Shown piece by piece: positions 54,216 to 64,000 of a stretch of 64,000 nt of DNA (position 1 is the stretch's first letter; each line of letters starts with the position of its first letter). The stretch is from positions 35,712,001 through 35,776,000 of the forward strand of contig OZ024749.1 in assembly GCA_964016885.1 (NCBI GenBank). Reading direction: 5' to 3'. A model generated the notes under the pieces. That model was given only the letters and a program-made list of their open reading frames with translations. It was not told the DNA's origin and did not search any database. Source of the stretch: Eledone cirrhosa. Lineage: Eukaryota. The position numbers were made by a program, and so were the translations under genes.

Positions 54216-55379
54216 TGTCCCACTTTCCATGCTATCAAAGTTAAGACAGGTCATCCCAGACCAAGTCAGCACTTAATCAGAACTATTGTCTTCACAGACA
54301 GTTCAAGGAGGGATGTATATCGATCACTTATGTTACTACACTTTAGAGTGTGTACTAAGTGGAGTGGCTATCATCACTTTGACGGGACTGAAGAGTCATC
54401 TTTGTTTGGCAAGTTTTCTATGGATGTCCTTCTTCACACTATCCACTTTACAGAGTGAACCCAGTACAATTTTCATGGTACCAGCACTAGAGAGATAGCT
54501 GTCTCCATATATCAATAACAATAACAACTTACAGTAAAGATTTGAATTACTAAAGAACACCAACCATCAGTGAAGTCATTCAAATAAGTGCTGGGAACAT
54601 GGTTAATATAAATGACTAAAATCCATTTAAGATCATGCCCCATTAAAAGACATCTTTCATTTCAATTCCACATAAACCATGCATGAAAAGATCCTAAGTG
54701 ATGCGGACTGGGTTAAATAAAATGTTGCCACAGCATGGCCACAGTCTAATGATTAAAAAATTTTGCCTCAGTCTAATGATTAAAAACAATAGAATAATAT
54801 ATATATATAATCCCCAATAAAACATATTTCATTTCAATTCCACATAAACCATGCATGAAAAAGACTTTCAAATAAGTACTGGGGACTGGGTTAATATGAT
54901 TGATCAAAATCCCTTTAGGATCATGCCCCAGCATGGGCACAGTCAAATAACAGAAACCAGTAAAAGAATAAAAGATAAGAAAAATCAGTTGTGAAGTTCC
55001 TTTGTTAGTTTTGCTTCTATATGGAAAGATAATGATTTCTTATCTTGTCCAAACACACTCATACAGAGACACACACACACTCTCACAAACAGACACATAG
55101 ACACTCTCTCACAAACACACATACACACAGACACACTCTCTCTCTCACAAACACACACACACACGCACACACATACACACACTCTCACAAACAGACACAT
55201 AGACACTCTCTCACAAACACACATACACACAGACACTCTCTCTCTCTCTCACACAAATACACACACACACACACACATGCACACACATACAAACACTCAC
55301 AAACAGACACACACACACATACACTCTCTCTCTTACAAATACACACACACACAGAAACACATATACTCTCTCTCACAAA

Positions 55380-55445
<66 letters not shown>

Positions 55446-55509
55446 CACAGATACAGTCTCTCTCTAACAGAGACACTCAGACATATACACTCTTTCACAT
55501 ACATACACG

Positions 55510-55547
<38 letters not shown>

Positions 55548-55576
55548 TAGAGAATCGTTAGTATTTACTAAACACA

Positions 55577-55594
55577 GACCACTAGATGGCACTG
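55577..55594 (+). promoter_or_regulatory. Putative CTCF-binding motif
   Basis: gaCCACTAGATGGCACtg matches the CTCF core CCACYAGRKGGCRC and lies in unique sequence. Confidence 0.4.
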
Positions 55595-55879
55595 TTTGTC
55601 TTCGAGTGTTTATATTTGTTTGGAACCAATTCAAAATTGCTTGAGAAAACTCCTTCAACAGTACACTAATATATTGAAATCTCTTAAGGTGAATATTTAT
55701 GGTCAATTACATGTTCAATAGGTGAATCAATTCCAATGGAATTTTCCAGTAAACAGAGGTGAATGCCTATTTTTAAGATATGGCTCTCTCATTAGCTGTG
55801 ATATTTGCATAAGTATTGGGCTGTAATAGCTACCTGTTAGATAGTTCTGTTGAAATAACATTATATTGTTTTTAGACAA

Positions 55880-55994
55880 GGTGCATTGGCAGTATCGGTC
55901 AAGGGTCGGATGCCATGCTTTGCAGCAAAGAGTTACGGCCCTTTATGGTTTGAGTTCAAATCCCGCCGAGGTTAACTTTGCCTTTCATCCTTAC
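55880..55994 (+). mobile_element. 5' half of a family A SINE, fused directly to a PLE
   Basis: SINE homology stops at ...catccttac; the usual ggggtcgataaa continuation is absent. Confidence 0.85.
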
Positions 55995-56537
55995 CAGAGT
56001 GTAATGTTCATCAATACAACCCTTAGAGGTGAATTAGCTTACAAATTTAGAAGGGCCCTAGATAAACATAAACTCAATATTAAGATAGTAGAAAGACCAG
56101 GTACCTCCATAAAAACACTTATTAGCAATACATACCCTTTTCAAAGACCTCCCTGTATAGATAAGAAATGTATAATCTGTAAATTAAGCCCCCATATTAA
56201 CTGTAAAACTAGAAATGTAGTATATACCATAAGATGTACTGAAGGACAATGTAGAGATAAGAATATAGTGTACATAGGTGAGACAGCTCGTAGTATAGGG
56301 GAACGAATAAATGAACACTGGCGAGACCTCCAAGATAATAAAGAATCATCTGTGCTCTACCAACATGCTAAGATAGAACACAGGGGTAGATTAGAGAACA
56401 TAGAAATAAAAATAGAATCCACACACAGAAAAGACGCAATGTTTAGACAAATTACAGAGGCAGTAAGCATAAAAGAATTAAAACCAAAATTAAATAGAAA
56501 ATATGAGTGGAACAGCAACATCACAACTTACAATTAA
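55995..56537 (+). CDS. Penelope-like retroelement ORF C-terminus: Cys-rich linker plus GIY-YIG endonuclease (5'-truncated, no RT; Naiad-like by motif recall)
   Basis: KIVERPG, CxxxxCxxC linker, NVVY.I.C...C...VYIGET.R...R..EH, H....H, RQITEAV.I....P.LNRKYEW. Uninterrupted 180 codons. Confidence 0.9.
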   Translation, partial: QSVMFINTTLRGELAYKFRRALDKHKLNIKIVERPGTSIKTLISNTYPFQRPPCIDKKCIICKLSPHINCKTRNVVYTIRCTEGQCRDKNIVYIGETARSIGERINEHWRDLQDNKESSVLYQHAKIEHRGRLENIEIKIESTHRKDAMFRQITEAVSIKELKPKLNRKYEWNSNITTYN

Positions 56538-56738
56538 GGACAAAATGAAAACACACACGCACATAGAACAAACAACCAACCAGTAACATGTAAATAAACA
56601 AATAAATAAACAAATATAAACACACACACAGACACCCGGATGTAACACATGCGCAAACTAAGCACACAACACACACAAAAACAAGATGGCGTAGGACAGA
56701 ACAAAGGAGAGGCACAAAAACAAAGAAAAGAATCCCTA

Positions 56739-56781
56739 GTCACTGAAGAGGTCACAGAATGTGTGACGAAAGAACTTTGAC
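56739..56781 (+). ncRNA. Minimal hammerhead ribozyme in the PLE 3' UTR
   Basis: gtca CTGAAGA g gtcaca-gaatg-tgtgac GAAA gaac TT tgac. Confidence 0.8.
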
Positions 56782-56985
56782 AATATATAAACAATCATCT
56801 GGTTGTGGAACCAACCAACAGGAAATTTATAAATTCCTAAATTTATAAATTTATTATAATAAATTGAAGTGAAAGCAACTGGTGCGTGTGATTCTTATTG
56901 GCAACATGACCCTCCCAAAGCATAACAATATCGGTTTCAACACACGTTTTCAGATAAAGAATCTTGCTAAATAAATTCAGAAACG

Positions 56986-57031
<46 letters not shown>

Positions 57032-57154
57032 TAGTGAATAAAGGAAACACAAACATAGAGATAGACATTTCCATTCTTCAGTTGTCTGCTGCAGGTCTTG
57101 GATGTTTTGATGTATATATATATATATATGGACATAGATAAAGAATAGACATGA

Positions 57155-57186
<32 letters not shown>

Positions 57187-57324
57187 GTGTGTATTTATAT
57201 ATATGTATGTATGTATGTATGTGTGTGTATATATATATATATGTATGTGTGTGTGTATATATATATATATATATGTGTGTGTATATATATATATATATAT
57301 GTGTATATATATATATATATATAT

Positions 57325-57751
57325 AATTGGAAATCAGTAAAATCGAATCTCTGGCGGTTTTCAAGTGAATTCTTCCTACTTATATGAAATGATGAGTTAG
57401 CAAAGCACTCGATAAGATAGGACCTTAGAGTAATAACATACGTTTAAAAAGCTTGACAAATCGAACATTGTGGTAGGTCAAACTAACACACAATATATAC
57501 CAGAGCAACGATAGAACTAATCAGGTTGAGAAAAAATACACCTGGACAAATTAAACGAACAGTCGCTGAAAGTGTTTCTATGAATCCGAAATCAAATATC
57601 AGACTTACTTTAAAGGCAAGTTCCTGGTATAGGTGACCGAACATTGGATTCATTTTTTCAACAGGTTTATCGCTCTTCCTGGGAACGGAGTGATAAATTA
57701 TATGTTGTTGCCCTACGCTGCTAATTGTATCTATAATTATCACATGCTAAT

Positions 57752-57755
<4 letters not shown>
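57325..57755 (-). mobile_element. (TA)n-embedded insert with ACTC...GAGT tail motif
   Basis: Bounded by (TA)n; shares terminal and aacatacgtt motifs with 51095-51300. Confidence 0.45.
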
Positions 57756-57832
<77 letters not shown>

Positions 57833-58098
57833 CATATGTATATATATATGTATATACATATGTACATATATATGTATATACATATGTACATATATATGTA
57901 TATACATATGTACATATATATGTATATACATATGTACATATATATACATATGTACATACATGTGAGTGTATCATTCCTTTTAACTTCCATAATGCATGTG
58001 AACACCTACACACCTTCAACCCCAAAGTATACAAAAATTGCGTCATATTACTGCAGTTTTCTCTTCAAACATGCCACATATATATATGTATATATGAA

Positions 58099-58173
<75 letters not shown>

Positions 58174-58278
58174 GCATATATATATATATATGCATATATA
58201 TATATATATATGTATATATATAGATAGATAGATATTTCACAGGAATGGTTATATTTCCATTACCAAAGCATTATTCAG

Positions 58279-58367
58279 TGTGAAAACTTATTTCCATTCT
58301 AGTTGAACAATATGTAGTTGCATGTATATATATATATATGTAATTGTGTGTATATGTCGCTGAGTAT

Positions 58368-58407
<40 letters not shown>

Positions 58408-58432
58408 ATACTCAGCGAGATATACACACAAT

Positions 58433-58466
<34 letters not shown>

Positions 58467-58525
58467 CATATATATATACACACATGCAACTACATATTGT
58501 CCAACTAGAATGGAATATAAGTTTT

Positions 58526-58529
<4 letters not shown>
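58279..58529. repeat. Palindrome centred on a (TA)n tract
   Basis: Unique segments tgtgaaaactta..catg and aattgtgtgtatatgtcgctgagtatgttt are mirrored across the central (TA)n. Confidence 0.9.
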
Positions 58530-58565
<36 letters not shown>

Positions 58566-59029
58566 GAATTGTATATCGATTAATCATTTAAATATAGATC
58601 AGAACAACTTTCTCTTGTGCTTCTTTAAATCTGGTTTACTAAACACTTTCTACTTCCCATTGATTCCCTCCTCATAGAGTTTTGTGTTCCGTGTGAACCA
58701 AACATCGAGAGTTGTGTGAGCGTTTGTGCAATAATATCTGGTTTGTTCTTTTGGAAAGAAAATTAAAGAACTCTTAATTAATGATTAGCGTCGAAATCTC
58801 TATAATTAACCAAAAGCTTTGCTTCGTTTCTAATCTATTGTTAAAACCATCTCAGAGTCTTTGATATTGCAGTTTATTTGGTGTTGGCATTGCTGATAAC
58901 TATTAAATGTTGTTCTCTTAGCTCGGCAACTTGGTGTTTGGAAAACTGGAAAATATACACATTGATGTAACTTAACAGCTTTTGAAATTTTTATTTCCTG
59001 GAAAGGAGGGAGAGATGACTGCAGTTCTA

Positions 59030-60660
59030 TGTGGTGGTGATGGTAATGATGATGATGATGATGGTGGGTGTGATGGTAATGGCGGTGATGGTTGCGAGGA
59101 TGGTGGTAATGGTGATGATAATCGTGATGGTGGTGAGGATGATGGTAATGGTGATGGAATCGTGGTGGTGGTGGTGGTGATGCAGATGGTAATGGTGCTG
59201 GTGTTGATGATGGTGGGTGTGATGGTAATGGAGGTGATGATGATGGTAATGGTGATGGTAATGGTGGTGGTAGTGGTGGTGATGATGGTAATGGTGGTGG
59301 TGTGGATAATGGTGGTGATGGTAATTGTGGTGGTGATGGAAATGGGGGATGGTGATGGTGGTGATGGTAGTGGTGGTGTTGATGATGGTAATGGGGATGG
59401 TGATGTTGGTGATGGTAATGGTGGTGGTAGTGGTGGTGATGATGGTAATGGTGGTGGTGGTGATAATGGTGGTGATGGCAATTGTGGTGGTGATGGCAAT
59501 TGTGGTGGTGGTGGAAATGGGTGATGGTGGTGATGGTAGTGGTGGTGATGATGATGATGGTAATGGTGGTGGTGATGTTAATGGTGGTGGTAGTGGTGAT
59601 GTTGATGATAATGATGGTGATGGTAATGGGATAATGATGATGGTGGTGGTGGTGATGATGAGGGTGATGGCAGTGATAGTGATGATGGTGGAGGTAGTGA
59701 TGGTAATGGTGAGGAGTAAGATGGTAATGGTGGTGGTGATGGTGGTGGTGGAGAAGATGTAATAAAGAAATAGTGTTAATAACAGACGATAATAATCATC
59801 GTCATGATTTTGATCATCATCATCATCATCATCATCATTTCTATGTAGAGATCTATAACATAAAACATCACCACCACCACTATACAAGTCTTGTATATAT
59901 GTTCCATAACACAATACATATCAAACACCACCATAACAATCATCACCACCACCACCATCATCATTATCATCTCTTCTATGTAATGATCTATAAAATAATA
60001 ATACATCACCACCACCACCACCACCATCATCAATCACCACCATCACCATCACCACCACCACCACCATCACCACCACCACCACCAAATATACAAGTCCTCT
60101 ATATATGTTCTACAACAACACAATACATATCAACCTCTACCACCACCACCATCAACACTACCACCACCACCACCACCACCATCATCACCACCACCACCAC
60201 CACCATATATACAAGTCCTCTATAATGTTCTATAACAACACAATACATATCAACCTCCACCACCACCAGCAACACCACCACCACCACCACCATCACCACC
60301 ACCACCACCACCATCAACACCACCACCACCATCACCACCACCACCACCATATATACAAGTCCTCTATATATGTTCTACAACAACACAATACATATCCAAC
60401 ATCACCACCACCACCACCACCATCAACACCACCACCACCACCACCACCACCACCATCACCACCACCATATATAAAAGTCCTCTATATATGTTCTATAACA
60501 ACACAATACATAACCAACATCACCACCACCACCATCAACACCACCACCACCACCACCACCACCACCACCACCACCATATATACAAGTCCTCTATATATGT
60601 TCTACAACAACACAATACATAACCAACATCACCACCACCACCATCATCATTTCTATAGAG
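59030..60660. repeat. (GGT/GAT)n low-complexity tract followed by a (CAC)n-containing compound minisatellite
   Basis: Seen directly. Confidence 0.95.
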
Positions 60661-61307
60661 AAGAACCCCATCAAGATATTACATTTTCTTTACAATCCCA
60701 TTAAATTACCAAAATTTACTGTCTCTCACAGATAAATGACTTTTGACAGATTTTAGACAGTGTTTGATCATAATAGATATTGTGTTGGAGAACTGTTGAA
60801 CTGCTAGATTTTGCTATCTGTCTGGCTTAAAACATTTCAGTTATATATGGAAATATCATCATCATCATCATTTAGTATTCACTTCTCCCTGCTAACATAG
60901 GCTGAATAGGTCATTACAGAACCAAAGTCAGTACAGAACCAAAGCTACAATCATCTCAGATAGACCTAGGCTGACATCTCAATTACATAAGTTCCCACAC
61001 TACAGAGTGCAATGGTTGTATTTTATTGTGGCACTATCACAAGGGAGGTTGTCATGTCTTTGACACAACTGAAGAGTCATCTTGACTCTTTGTTTGGCAT
61101 GTTTTCTACGTCTGAATGCTCTTCTACTTTGCAGAGTTGGGTGCTTTGCTACTTTTCAAAGTGCATTGGGTGCATTTTATCAAGGCAACAACACCAGAGA
61201 GGTTGGTGTATCTTTTCCATAACCGAGACATCCTCTCGACCCTTTGTGCGTATATAACTGACTGTCTTCATCACATCTGGTTTGACAAATATCATACATT
61301 CAATATA

Positions 61308-61757
61308 CAGGGTGATTGAAAAGTAACTCCCTATTTTAAAATTCTTATAATTTATTTCTTAACTATCATTTTTACAAGAATTGAATATGAGAAGAAAGTG
61401 TATAGCATGGAGTTTTATTTAAAAACTCAATATGGGCGCCAGCATTTGCCGCCAGCTTCTCTAGCCGCCCTTCAAGTTCTTCCAAAGCCATTGGTTTGGT
61501 AGAGTAGACTTGCTCCTTTAACCAAATTCAAAGAAAAAAGTCGCAAGGTGTTAAGTCAGGGCTTCTGGCTGGCCACTCATGCAGACCATGACGACCCATC
61601 CATCACCCAGGGAAATGGGCATTTAACCATTCACAAACAACAATAGCAAAATCAAGTCTTCAATTTTCTCCAAGTACTGATAACTAGCCAGATTTCATCT
61701 TGCAGCATGGTGAGGTACCTTTCGGCATTCAATAGGAGTTACTTTCAAATCGCCCTG
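61308..61757 (-). mobile_element. Internally deleted Tc1/mariner-superfamily transposon (450 bp)
   Basis: TA on both sides; ~27-bp imperfect TIR cagggtgattgaaaagtaactccctatt. Minus strand reads HFPG*WMGRHGLHEWPARSPDLTPCDFFL*. Confidence 0.9.
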
Positions 61758-62009
61758 TATAAACTCACATAAGTTCTATTTTGTTTTTGTCTTCTAAAAC
61801 AGGAGAATGTTCAGTTACTTCCTTGTTAGACATTGTCATTTTGAATGGATCTGTAGAAGGGGTTGAAACTGTGTATGTCTATTTTGACAGCTAATGATTG
61901 CAGAATTATTTTACCTCTAGCTAATTTTGAAATATTTTCTTTCATTCATGTGGCTCCCTGCTTCTTCTTTTGTTGCCATGTGTGTATATATATGTATATA
62001 TATATAAAT

Positions 62010-62125
62010 ATATAGTAATAATAATAAATTTGAAGACTAAAATCCAAAGAGGGCTCGATAAGGATAAATATATATCAAATATATAAGAACCGTAGAGCAA
62101 ATATTTATTTTTAATAAATATATAT
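62010..62125 (-). mobile_element. Tail-only remnant of the 7200-7580 family with a 9-bp fold-back
   Basis: Reverse complement of about 7482-7580; mini-arm atatttatt/aataaatat. Confidence 0.6.
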
Positions 62126-62659
62126 ATATTCACTCATTCTCTATCACTACCTCTCCTCCTCCCCTTTCTTCCCGTTTGACCTGTCCGTAATTCTTTTCTC
62201 GCGCGCTCTTGGCCAAGCCGGTATGAATTTTTTTTCTCTCTCTCTCTCGTCTGCGACTTCACAGAACTTATGTTTACCGAATTCGCAGACCAGACCCCTT
62301 CTTCCTACCGTTAGACCTGTGCGAAATTCCTTCCTTGCTCACATTTCAACCAGGTTTGATGGTCTTTATTCTCTCGTTCACGATTTCACCGAATTTATAT
62401 TCATAGAAATCTGGGACTTGTCTCTTTCTTCATCACTTTCTGTTGCTTAAACCATTTTGTTTGTTTACCCTAGCGTCCCCTTATTTACGTGTCCCAACGA
62501 CTTTTTTTAGCCGTTGCTCGCACCAACCTGAGGTATATGGTCTTTAAAGCAATGAAATGCCTAGGACGGTTGGAAGACCACTAATGAAGGACAAACTTTT
62601 TCATATGTAACCCATTTGCAATGCCGCAGCTCCATTATTATCATATATATATATATATA

Positions 62660-62830
62660 CAATATTTATTCAATTGAAGAAAGTTGGTTGATTGAAAATC
62701 TGCCGACTTTTTCTTAACAGATGTAAAGCACTCCATGGTTTTTGTTCATCTGGAGTTTTATTATAATAATAATAAACAAGAATAAAAAAAAATAGGGATT
62801 GACAAATGAAACTGCCTTTCTTGTTTATTA
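62660..62830 (-). mobile_element. (TA)n-embedded insert with tail motif and 13-bp inverted arm
   Basis: Minus strand ACTCC...GGAGTgcttt; arm taataaacaagaa/ttcttgtttatta. Confidence 0.5.
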
Positions 62831-62953
62831 TATATATATATATATATATACCCGCCAAGGTTGACTTTGCCTTTCATCCTTACGGGGGTCGATAAAATAA
62901 AGTACCAGTAATGCACTGGGTAATTGCTGGCCTTGTGCCTAAAGTAGAAACAA

Positions 62954-62984
<31 letters not shown>

Positions 62985-62987
<3 letters not shown>

Positions 62988-63152
62988 GAGTTCAATCGGG
63001 GTTAACTACAGTAAGTAAGGTACTCAATACATTAGTAGAGTGTATACAACAAAATTTAATATAGAAATGGCTTCCACAAGACTAGAACTGTTTCATTAGA
63101 ATGAAACAGTTCTAGTTCTGTAGAAACCATTTCTATACCAAATTTCGTTATA
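62985..63152 (-). mobile_element. Fold-back PLE-like remnant (50-bp arms spanning 63048-63149) plus tail
   Basis: Same family as 34764-34930. Confidence 0.7.
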
Positions 63153-63506
63153 GAGAGAGATAGATAGAGAGAAAGATAAAGTAGGATTGGAAATACATTT
63201 ATAGAATCTGTTTTTCTTTTTTATTTCCTTTTGATCCATCAAAGTGACATTATTGAAAAAATGAGAAGAATTTTTTTAAAAAAAGGAGTTTTATAGAGTA
63301 TATAAAATATATAAAATATTATCGGTTTATTGTCATCCATCTTATCAAATATTAAATATTACAATTAAAAAAAGAATTAAAAATTTAAAATGAAGTGTTG
63401 AAGGTCTGTTCATCTTTCTTTTGGGGAGAAAAACTGGATCTAAATAGAACCTTATATAAAGAGAGAGGTGGTAGTTAGTAGTAGTAGTGGTGGTGGTGGT
63501 AGTAGT

Positions 63507-63555
<49 letters not shown>

Positions 63556-63644
63556 CAGTAATAGTAGTAGTAGTGATGCTAGTGGTGTGGTGGTAGTGGT
63601 GGTGGTGGTGGTAGTAGTAGTGTAGTAGTAGTAGTGGTGGTAGT

Positions 63645-63686
<42 letters not shown>

Positions 63687-64000
63687 ACAGAGGTTATAGA
63701 AAAATATCATTTGACTGTGGCCATGCTGAAGCACAATTGTAAAAGGATTATATAGTAGTTGATCATATCAACTCCAGTACTTAGATTTTAAAGCCTGGTA
63801 CTTATTTCATCAATCTCTTTTTTATTAAACTGCCAAGTTACATGCCATAAACACATATACACACACACATATAGATACATGTATGTATGTATGTATGTTA
63901 CATGCCATAAACACATATACACACACACATATAGATGTATGTATGTATGTATGTATGTATGTATGTAGGCAGAATTCTAGGAGAAGGAAAACTCTGATAT

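Larger units (their letters stand above)
55995..56990 (+). mobile_element. 5'-truncated Penelope-like element including 3' UTR/pseudo-LTR, ending in (TA)n
   Basis: GIY-YIG ORF, then hammerhead, then (TA)n junction. Confidence 0.85.

Noticed and set aside
55866-55994. N-terminal 43 aa of the 223-aa ORF as genuine protein
   Set aside because: Derived from SINE and flanking sequence with a TTG start; PLE homology begins at about 55995.
58972-60704. Pro/Thr/His/Gly-rich ORFs
   Set aside because: Trinucleotide low-complexity DNA that is open in many frames on both strands.

Overview
AT-rich, microsatellite-dense animal genomic DNA that looks intronic or intergenic. The SINE families and (TA)n/(CA)n load suggest a coleoid cephalopod such as an octopus; this is inference only. 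No complete host gene is visible, only one or two weak micro-exon candidates. Almost all of the supplied ORFs are translations of simple repeats. Recognisable protein remnants are a Penelope-like (PLE) GIY-YIG endonuclease C-terminus (55995-56537) followed by a hammerhead ribozyme, an L1/Tx1-type LINE 3' end, restriction-like-endonuclease LINE fragments (R4/Dong-like and CRE-like), RTE 3' ends and a Tc1/mariner remnant. There are also piggyBac- and hAT-type MITEs, two main tRNA-derived SINE families and several mini/satellite arrays. The most notable signal is a set of short, sequence-divergent inserts, mostly embedded in (TA)n. They share an architecture: fold-back inverted arm, often a minimal hammerhead core, then a tail that starts with a covarying ACTC...GAGT / GCTC...GAGC stem. 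In the cleanest cases this stem lies 4-5 nt past the point where the inverted arm stops. It may be a conserved cis-element that sets the reverse-transcription start site of PLE-type retroelements.
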